The notes below the pieces were generated by a model. It was not told the DNA's origin. It saw nothing but the letters and a program-made list of their open reading frames with translations, and did not search any database. The position numbers and the translations under genes were made by a program. Positions 57,260 through 64,000 of a stretch of DNA of 64,000 nt are shown here, one piece after another. Each line of letters begins with the position of its first letter. Position 1 is the stretch's first letter. This DNA comes from a virus: the IMG/VR virus record IMGVR_UViG_3300030060_004544, positions 6,179-70,178 of that record. One strand, 5' to 3'.

Positions 57260-58964
57260 CTTTGTTTTCGTCTAACACATTAACCTGTGGTACAAATGAA
57301 CCTGATCTTGGTTCCCAAGTAAAAAACGATTCAGCACCGTTTTCACCAAGGTTTTGAAACTTAACTTTTAATACTTTAACTTTAGTATTTTTAGCTTCAT
57401 AATCTCTATGTACCAACAAACCATGATAACTTGCATCATACCATTCGCCACCACCTTTTATATTATACATAGTTGGTTCTTGTATTTTACCATTTTGATC
57501 TCTCATCATCTTTGTTGGATGTGCTACTATAAACGTTAAAACGTCATACTTTTTACAGAACTGCTCTATCTTTGATAAGTAGTCCATAGTATATCTATTA
57601 ACATCATCTGACACGGCATTTGCATCTCTTATTTTATTATAAGGATCTATTACAAGGCATTTAATACCTTTACGTTTAACTAGCTCAGCGCCTTTACGTA
57701 ATACAGACTCTAAACTATATTTATCCATATCGATAAAATAATAATTATCATTAACGTGATCAGATACTTCTTTCCATCTACCACTTCCAATATCGCTAGG
57801 ATTAGGCATGTCACCCCATGTTTTACGCATGAGCTTGTGAGCATGTAAATAAATAGGTGCGTTTTCAGGACTAGCAAAAGCTGTCTTCCAACCGTACATT
57901 TTATTATACCCTACCACCATTTGATCGACAAAATCAGACTTCCCACTGCTAGGAATACCAGTAACAGTAATAAACTGTCCAGTATAAGTGCTGAATACTT
58001 CGTCGAAATTTTTGAGCCCAACTTGGAAGCCCGGTTTAAAACCATGTTTAACAAAGTCTTTAAGATCATTTTCAATGTGTTTTAGTGTTGTTACATTTTC
58101 TAGCGGAACTTGCGTTGCGCTGTGTATAGCATTAGCAAGCTCGTTGCTGCCATACTTTATTAAGTACTCGTTTGCGTCTTTACAATCGTTAAAATCAACT
58201 AGATAACAATTTTCAGCCCCAAGCCTACGTATAAACTCTTGTTTTAACATAGTGCCAGGTTCATCAGCATCTACAGCTAGTATTATTTTTTCTTTATCTT
58301 CAAAATAATCTATACAGTTATCTAAGTAATCTAGGTTATTGTGATTTAATGTAGCACCATTTGGAACTGATATAACGTTTCTTATACCTGATTCATGTAA
58401 TGATAATACATCTATTTCGCCTTCAACTATTACACAGGTTGTGTGACCAACAATACTATTAATATTATAAAATACTTTTTCAGCACCTTTATACAACTTA
58501 AAGTTTTTAGCACCGTCACGGTATTTAACATTTATTAGTTGGTTACCTATAAAATAATTGAACTTAATCGTGTTCTCTTCTTTGCCAGTTTGAGGCATAT
58601 ACTCAGGACCTTCAGAAACATTTAATGCTTCTAAAGTACCCTGAGATATTCCTCTAGACTTAAACCATTCTATAACTTTACTACTGGGAGTTTTGTGTGT
58701 CTTAGTTGAAAAACTAGGACGTACGTATTCACGCTCACTAGCTCCCTTACGTTTGTAAGTATGTAGTTGATAAGTTGTATTACAGTTATGGCAAGTACCG
58801 AGACCACGTTCCCAATCATAACTAGAGCATTTAAGCTTCTGGTTCTTGGGTTTCCTGTCGTGGGAACACAGAGGACAAATCCCCTGTGTTTTACCTACGT
58901 CAAGATTATATTGATTGAACTCATCAATCAAAAAGCCATTGATCTCTTTATCTTCTACTTGCAT
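57234..58964 (-). CDS. Primase-helicase (T7 gp4/Twinkle-like)
   Basis: Zn finger CPLC...CHNC, TOPRIM VEGEID / DADEPG / KDANE, Walker A GIPSSGKS, VIDPYN, VAHP. Confidence 0.93.
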   Translation of the reverse strand: MQVEDKEINGFLIDEFNQYNLDVGKTQGICPLCSHDRKPKNQKLKCSSYDWERGLGTCHNCNTTYQLHTYKRKGASEREYVRPSFSTKTHKTPSSKVIEWFKSRGISQGTLEALNVSEGPEYMPQTGKEENTIKFNYFIGNQLINVKYRDGAKNFKLYKGAEKVFYNINSIVGHTTCVIVEGEIDVLSLHESGIRNVISVPNGATLNHNNLDYLDNCIDYFEDKEKIILAVDADEPGTMLKQEFIRRLGAENCYLVDFNDCKDANEYLIKYGSNELANAIHSATQVPLENVTTLKHIENDLKDFVKHGFKPGFQVGLKNFDEVFSTYTGQFITVTGIPSSGKSDFVDQMVVGYNKMYGWKTAFASPENAPIYLHAHKLMRKTWGDMPNPSDIGSGRWKEVSDHVNDNYYFIDMDKYSLESVLRKGAELVKRKGIKCLVIDPYNKIRDANAVSDDVNRYTMDYLSKIEQFCKKYDVLTFIVAHPTKMMRDQNGKIQEPTMYNIKGGGEWYDASYHGLLVHRDYEAKNTKVKVLKVKFQNLGENGAESFFTWEPRSGSFVPQVNVLDENKDDSSLPWE

Positions 58965-58973
58965 TTATAATAT

Positions 58974-59291
58974 TTAAAACGGTAAATCATCTTTTACAGC
59001 CGCAACTGGTTGCTGCACATTTACAGAGCTGTCATTTTGTGGATTACCAACAGGTTCTGGGAACGTGCCGTTTGTCCAAACAACTCTACAGTTGCCAAGG
59101 TAAGTTTTAGCTACTTTCGCATCTCTTTCTTCCTTGCTCTGATCTACAATAACTGGACCTTGATTACCAAATTGATCAGGTTCGTCGTTAACTGAGATAC
59201 TAATTGGTAAGTATTTACCTTTCTTACCTGTGATAATTTTATCTTTAGGTATTTCTGATAGGTTAATACTAGTTTTAATAATTCCTGCCAT
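58974..59291 (-). CDS. Putative single-stranded DNA-binding protein
   Basis: GKKGKYL...DQFGN...YLGN core and acidic DDLPF C-terminus. Confidence 0.7.
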   Translation of the reverse strand: MAGIIKTSINLSEIPKDKIITGKKGKYLPISISVNDEPDQFGNQGPVIVDQSKEERDAKVAKTYLGNCRVVWTNGTFPEPVGNPQNDSSVNVQQPVAAVKDDLPF

Positions 59292-59293
59292 AA

Positions 59294-59461
59294 TTAATAA
59301 GCATTTAATTGGTTAAACATTCTAGACATTTGTGCTTTTGTAGCACCAGTGCCTCTTCTTAAATTGTCAACAGCTTTAACGTGTGATTGATTTGCGTAAA
59401 AGTTGTTAACGCTTGTTGTCATGCCTGTTACGTCGCATGTTCTTTTTCTAGTTCTTGCCAT
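59294..59461 (-). CDS. Small hypothetical protein (55 aa, not in ORF track)
   Basis: MARTRKRTCDVTGMTTSVNNFYANQSHVKAVDNLRRGTGATKAQMSRMFNQLNAY; fills the gap. Confidence 0.65.
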   Translation of the reverse strand: MARTRKRTCDVTGMTTSVNNFYANQSHVKAVDNLRRGTGATKAQMSRMFNQLNAY

Positions 59462-59470
59462 ATTATTAAA

Positions 59471-60202
59471 TTAAAGTGTTTTGCTTATGAAATATTGCTG
59501 TGGATTAAAATCCTTGGTTTTATAGAACAGCTCATAAGCATCTTCTGCTCTATTAACCTTGTCTTGTCCTGACGCGTAAAACTCCGCCGAACAGTCAAAC
59601 ACTCCTATTTGGTGCGTTGTCTTGTCGATAACTAAGAATATCATTTCGTAGCCAAACAATTGACTATATATGTACGCTTGTGCATCGTAATTATACCTAA
59701 ATGCATTTGACCTAAATTTGTTTATATCTGCTGTAGTCTTCAAATCAACTATAACGTTATCATCATGATTAACAATGTCTGCTTTACCTTTCCAGGTATA
59801 TTTATTTAGTTTGGCAACACCCGGTACTTCATGCTCTACATTAGCACCTTTGATTAAATTTTTGCAAACTTCATTACTCATAATTTTTTCAGTCATAAGT
59901 TCGATATGATCAACTTCATGTTGTAATAAACATAATTCGCCTTCAGACATCTCTTTATACAATTTAGTATTTCTAGTTGATGATTGTATCACTTTATACT
60001 TTTTCAGTTTATCTGGTTCTAGTATAGCTGTGTGAAAATAACCACCTACTAAAAATGCAGATGTTTGTTTTGACGGTTGGCCATAAGCTAATGGGTTTTT
60101 TAACAACACACCAATATCAGAAGTACTTAAAAAATTCCTACCAAAATCTCCATAATAATCTTCATCATTACGTAGCTTTTTTAGGATCTCCTCTTTTGTC
60201 AT
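59471..60202 (-). CDS. RecE/DUF3799-like PD-(D/E)XK exonuclease
   Basis: LSTSDI, GGYFHTAILEP, KGKAD...IVDLKTT, YDAQAYIY. Confidence 0.82.
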   Translation of the reverse strand: MTKEEILKKLRNDEDYYGDFGRNFLSTSDIGVLLKNPLAYGQPSKQTSAFLVGGYFHTAILEPDKLKKYKVIQSSTRNTKLYKEMSEGELCLLQHEVDHIELMTEKIMSNEVCKNLIKGANVEHEVPGVAKLNKYTWKGKADIVNHDDNVIVDLKTTADINKFRSNAFRYNYDAQAYIYSQLFGYEMIFLVIDKTTHQIGVFDCSAEFYASGQDKVNRAEDAYELFYKTKDFNPQQYFISKTL

Positions 60203-60203
60203 A

Positions 60204-60713
60204 CTATAGTGTTAGTTGTTTTTCTAGTTCAGGAGTAAGTTTATATTTTTTCTTTATCGCATCTAACGTACCGCCAGATTTAATATACTTTTTAGCTGCA
60301 TCCATATCGAAGTCAGACTTGTGATTATTTGTAGCATCACTGTCTTGAGTATCATCGATAAGAAACAAATTACCTAAAGCGTATTTCTTACCATAGGATG
60401 ATGCGCTACCAAACTGTTGTGGAGTTTGCATACCCTTTTGCATTAAGTCTACGCCGACTATAGCAGACGTTGATAACGTCATACCTTTTTCGTCGTGTAT
60501 TGTAGCTGTTGATTTTAGTACTGGAACACCGTTAGTATCTGCTATTAACTTTTCATTAACAGTAACGGTCACATTGTACTTTAGTAAGAAAGGCTTTATT
60601 GATTCAAGTATATCTTCAGCACTACGAAAATAGTACTTACCGAAAGAATTAAATCTACTCTTTTTAGCCTTGAGCTCAGTTTGAATCTGAGCCAGTTTTT
60701 GTTGTAAAGTCAT
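60204..60713 (-). CDS. ERF-family single-strand annealing protein
   Basis: NSFGKYYFRSAEDI, QQFGSASSYGKKYALGNLFLIDD..DSD. Confidence 0.88.
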   Translation of the reverse strand: MTLQQKLAQIQTELKAKKSRFNSFGKYYFRSAEDILESIKPFLLKYNVTVTVNEKLIADTNGVPVLKSTATIHDEKGMTLSTSAIVGVDLMQKGMQTPQQFGSASSYGKKYALGNLFLIDDTQDSDATNNHKSDFDMDAAKKYIKSGGTLDAIKKKYKLTPELEKQLTL

Positions 60714-60739
60714 ATTATAAAATTAAATTGTCTATATCT

Positions 60740-60762
60740 ATAATTACATATTGGTGAACGCT
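60740..60762 (-). promoter_or_regulatory. Candidate phage promoter motif AGCG-N10-TGTAATTAT
   Basis: Intergenic on the - strand, upstream of the ERF/replication operon. Confidence 0.45.
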
Positions 60763-60788
60763 ATTTAACTAATTGTTCACTCTATAAC

Positions 60789-61559
60789 TTAAAGATAATC
60801 AAGCACTTGCGTGTAATCTACATTATCAATAAGCTTTTGTACTGCTTGCTTTTTTACTTGCGAAACTCGCACATAAGCACTGCTGCCTTGTATACCTAGT
60901 TTACTAGCTATTGTCTTAGCATCATGCTTGTCACAGTCTAAACCATAACTCATACGTAACACTTCATACTCCTTATTGTTTAGATGTTTTTTAAGTAAAC
61001 CTTTTAGATATTGATTTAACATACCTACGTTATACGGTTCTGACTTATCAGGTATCTGCGCAGCCCAGTCTTCATTAAGATCTGTTTTCTTTTCATCAAT
61101 ACTTAAAAATATACTATTGAAAAACATTTCAACCATTTTTTTATTGTGACCAAAATTTTTACGTATTTCATTAAGCTTGTGTTCAGGTATTCTCATGTTA
61201 CCACGATTAATATCTACAGCTCTACGTATTGCACCTTTGATACGTTTTGAGAAAAATGATTTTAAAGTTTTTTCTTGGTCTTCAGATTCTAATAACATTG
61301 AACGATCAAGCTTACCAACAGCTAGTGTTAAACCAGCGTTACCTTCTTGTATCAGATCAAGTATAGTCATTACACCTGAGGCTTGTTGACTAGTTGAAAA
61401 CTTTCTTGCAACGTTCTCTACTAGCGGTAAAAAACAAGTTACCATTTGTTTATCGTCGTATACAGTGTAATCACCATTTGTTATTTCTGGTAATCTAGCT
61501 GTTAACTCTTGAACTTCGTTTTTGTACCTTATATAATTATCTAAATTATACTTCTTCAT
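60789..61559 (-). CDS. Sigma-70-family RNA polymerase sigma factor
   Basis: LPLVENVARKF, DLIQEGNAGL, RIKGAIRRA, MRIPEH; region 4 EYEVLRMSYGL...RVSQVKKQAVQKL. Confidence 0.88.
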   Translation of the reverse strand: MKKYNLDNYIRYKNEVQELTARLPEITNGDYTVYDDKQMVTCFLPLVENVARKFSTSQQASGVMTILDLIQEGNAGLTLAVGKLDRSMLLESEDQEKTLKSFFSKRIKGAIRRAVDINRGNMRIPEHKLNEIRKNFGHNKKMVEMFFNSIFLSIDEKKTDLNEDWAAQIPDKSEPYNVGMLNQYLKGLLKKHLNNKEYEVLRMSYGLDCDKHDAKTIASKLGIQGSSAYVRVSQVKKQAVQKLIDNVDYTQVLDYL

Positions 61560-62151
61560 TTAACATTTGTTTTTCTTGTTTTAATTCATCACACATGTGG
61601 CGATGTATTGTTCTTGTAGAGCAATTAAGCAAACCAGCAATACGACTGATAGTAATTTTCTTACCCCAGTCGTTTAAGTCTAACATAGTTTGATATATCA
61701 TCTCTTTGTCTATGCTTGATCTGCCTATTAATTGACCTACAATTTTTAATTTACCACTCAAGTCTAAACCTGAATAGTCTTTAAATACTACTTTGCGTAG
61801 CTTGTTTGCGGGTGGATCACCACCCTGTTTTAATACATCTTCTATCATTTCATCTAGTAATCGCTGTTTAATGAAGAAGGTAACAAAACCATTTTCTTTA
61901 TTGGCTATAAATCTAAAAACATGTTTTAATTCTATATGTTCATTTAGATAATACAATACAAGCATGTGCCACTTCAACGATTTGTATGTAGTTATTTTAG
62001 CCTTGCTGTTAAACAAGTGATAACACTCATACGTACCATTTTCGTAGTATTTATACTGATTAGTTTCAATGGTAGGTACGTCATTTATAGGATCTCTTCT
62101 ATATACGATGTATCTATCATTTAACCATTTTATATTTCTATCGTGTGACAT
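61546..62151 (-). CDS. Hypothetical protein with C-terminal HTH
   Basis: KITISRIAGLLNCSTRTIHRH. Confidence 0.65.
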   Translation of the reverse strand: MSHDRNIKWLNDRYIVYRRDPINDVPTIETNQYKYYENGTYECYHLFNSKAKITTYKSLKWHMLVLYYLNEHIELKHVFRFIANKENGFVTFFIKQRLLDEMIEDVLKQGGDPPANKLRKVVFKDYSGLDLSGKLKIVGQLIGRSSIDKEMIYQTMLDLNDWGKKITISRIAGLLNCSTRTIHRHMCDELKQEKQMLNEEV

Positions 62152-62172
62152 TAGCCTATTACTAATTATATC

Positions 62173-62526
62173 TTATAACCTATTGTCATCATCGATTATT
62201 TCGATTCTGACATTTTCCCATTTACCACCTGTCATATCCTCATTGACTAAAAAGTCAATACGTGATAACCACCTGCGGTTCATTCTGTCTTGTACGGTCC
62301 ATATACCGTCAAGATTACCAGCTCCGGTAACTTTAACTTTTACGCCAAACGTTAAACCTTTAGCTTCTAAATCTCTTGATACAGCTATCCACCTATGTTT
62401 TTGTGGATTACTAAGATCTATTTTTTTATTGCTAGCCGTTATATCAGGAGTACTATCCGTCTGTTCCGGTGTAGCATGATAAATCGTCGCTGTAACCAAA
62501 ATGATCTTTAATGTATTTAGTATCAT
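62173..62526 (-). CDS. 3D-domain (MltA/RlpA-like) protein
   Basis: VTATIY...QTDSTPDITAS...IAVSRDL...VQDRMN...RIDFL. Confidence 0.75.
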   Translation of the reverse strand: MILNTLKIILVTATIYHATPEQTDSTPDITASNKKIDLSNPQKHRWIAVSRDLEAKGLTFGVKVKVTGAGNLDGIWTVQDRMNRRWLSRIDFLVNEDMTGGKWENVRIEIIDDDNRL

Positions 62527-62992
62527 ATAATTGTTCTTTGTTATGCGCTATATGTTTTTTGTCATACACGTAGTATAACCAGTACGCGTGTATAGCACAA
62601 TCACGCTTAAACTCATCAGGCATAGCCTGTGGTGGTTGTATAAACTTACCATCAGGCATACCAAATGGACAGAGCTCTAATGGCTCTTTACATTTAGTTA
62701 TTGTCAAATGAGTTTTATTATATCTTTTATTATATTCATCACCTAATGCTATCATATGATTATATAGCCAATAGTATTGTTTTATATTTTTTCTACACCA
62801 TATTGTTGATGGGTGGTTGTAATGAGCTGTTTTATAAGGAATATAATCAGACTTATAACCAACCTCTTCTGCCCAATGGTGATGAGCTGTGCAAAGCATT
62901 TGTGCCGATTCAAGTATCATTTTAACTACATGTTTATTATATTGTAGTCTAGCTGCTTTGTCAGGACATTTATCTAAATAAAATATATTCAT
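62453..62992 (-). CDS. Pyrimidine-dimer DNA glycosylase-like protein (DenV/Pyr_excise-type)
   Basis: MNIFYLD...KHVVKMILESAQML...NHPSTIW...EY..RY.K.H...PPQAMP. Confidence 0.75.
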   Translation of the reverse strand: MNIFYLDKCPDKAARLQYNKHVVKMILESAQMLCTAHHHWAEEVGYKSDYIPYKTAHYNHPSTIWCRKNIKQYYWLYNHMIALGDEYNKRYNKTHLTITKCKEPLELCPFGMPDGKFIQPPQAMPDEFKRDCAIHAYWLYYVYDKKHIAHNKEQLYDTKYIKDHFGYSDDLSCYTGTDG

Positions 62993-63129
62993 AAAGTTTC
63001 TCGTATCATTACGTCAGTAAGTTTATCACATAACGCGTCATAATCTTTCTCGTTAATACTATATTCTTGTTTGCCATTTACAGTAACCTGGACTTTAAAT
63101 AGCACATCGTTTTTAAATTGTCTACTCAT
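62989..63129 (-). CDS. Small hypothetical protein
   Basis: MSRQFKNDVLFKV...; ATG overlaps the ligase stop. Confidence 0.55.
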   Translation of the reverse strand: MSRQFKNDVLFKVQVTVNGKQEYSINEKDYDALCDKLTDVMIRETL

Positions 63130-63952
63130 AGTTTCGTAAAGCTTTGTATAGCGGGTGTCTGTATGAACCTGCTTGTGTTCGTTGAAAATAAGTAAACGTC
63201 GCACGCTTACCAATATAATCTTGTATATTAGTTAGCATATGTGCTAGATCTTTGTACGTATAGCCTTTGCCTGGAGGACAACCAAACTGTACGCCTTCAT
63301 CATCTAGCATTAAGAATTTGCCGAGCGTGCCTGAACGCTTACCTTTACCTACTTCGTAACCTATGATAGTTGCTTCGGTATCACTAAAGTCTTTAAACTT
63401 CATTAGATCGTAAGACCTACCGTGTTTGTATACACCGTTAAGTCTGATGATAGAACCTTCGTAGCCCTCACTAAGATATGCCGCATGGAAGTCTCTAGCA
63501 GCTTCATAGCTGTGGACAGGATCAGCATGAACATACTTGATCTGAGCATCATAGATGTTAGAACAAATAAGCTGATCTCGTCTAGTATCATATGAATCAT
63601 ATCTATCATCGATATAATCATAGCAATGAAACTGCACGAGATGCTGAGCATCACGTCTATCAGTATCGGTAGGCTTTTGCTTACGAACTAATGATATTAT
63701 CTTTTCAAAATCACGTTTTAGTTTGTGATTGTATAACTCACCGTCAAGCACAATATCAGGATGTTGCTTAAAGAACGATTGTAACGCCATTTCAATATGT
63801 TTGACGTTCATAAATTTTTTACCGGTACGTGAGAACGCACCATCTTTTGTAAACACGCAGCGAACGCCGTCGAGTTTAGGTTGTATGTACACAGGTTGTG
63901 ACCAGTCAACACGACTGTCATTGAACTTATGTGCTAGCATTGGTTTTATCAT
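63122..63952 (-). CDS. ATP-dependent DNA ligase, minimal form
   Basis: KPMLA, QPKLDGVR (KxDG), LDGELY, EGSIIR, LMKFK, OB domain ending YRHP. Confidence 0.93.
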   Translation of the reverse strand: MIKPMLAHKFNDSRVDWSQPVYIQPKLDGVRCVFTKDGAFSRTGKKFMNVKHIEMALQSFFKQHPDIVLDGELYNHKLKRDFEKIISLVRKQKPTDTDRRDAQHLVQFHCYDYIDDRYDSYDTRRDQLICSNIYDAQIKYVHADPVHSYEAARDFHAAYLSEGYEGSIIRLNGVYKHGRSYDLMKFKDFSDTEATIIGYEVGKGKRSGTLGKFLMLDDEGVQFGCPPGKGYTYKDLAHMLTNIQDYIGKRATFTYFQRTQAGSYRHPLYKALRNYE

Positions 63953-64000
63953 AGGTTATTAAGTTTATTTTCTACTATTTCTATTCTTCGTTTTATTATT
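63949..64000 (-). CDS. 3' end of a gene truncated by the window edge
   Basis: ...IIKRRIEIVENKLNNL-TGA with ATGA overlap onto the ligase start. Confidence 0.45.
   Translation of the reverse strand, partial: IIKRRIEIVENKLNNL

Noticed and set aside
1-64000. Stop-codon reassignment, tRNAs, integrase, IS elements, DGR
   Set aside because: Genes are intact and tightly packed in the standard code; no cloverleaf, recombinase, transposase or reverse transcriptase was recognised by eye

Overview
The window is part of an AT-rich tailed dsDNA phage genome, probably from a marine Bacteroidota (Flavobacteriia-type) host. The host call is an inference from A-rich, Shine-Dalgarno-less leaders and gene content. 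The + strand (1-46965) carries groEL/groES, a holin, fibre genes, terminase, portal, scaffold, major capsid, short-tail proteins, three putative ejection proteins, envelope/lysis genes and small basic proteins. The - strand (46958-64000) carries a CMP-Kdo/glycosyltransferase cluster, class Ia RNR, a dCMP-type thymidylate-synthase homolog, primase-helicase, SSB, recombination genes, a sigma factor, a UV-repair glycosylase and a ligase. The standout is 7394-14715. Two Thr-rich proteins there are built from 6/8/10/12-residue units whose order is an exact mirror image over 80 units and 698 residues, with Lys/Arg-type units opposite Phe/Tyr-type units. This suggests a sequence-programmed antiparallel two-chain beta-zipper filament. 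The two genes flank an RMT2/GAMT-like methyltransferase fused to a dead Hint domain and are followed by a KpsS/KpsC-like glycosyltransferase. All annotations come from motif recognition by eye; no searches were run.
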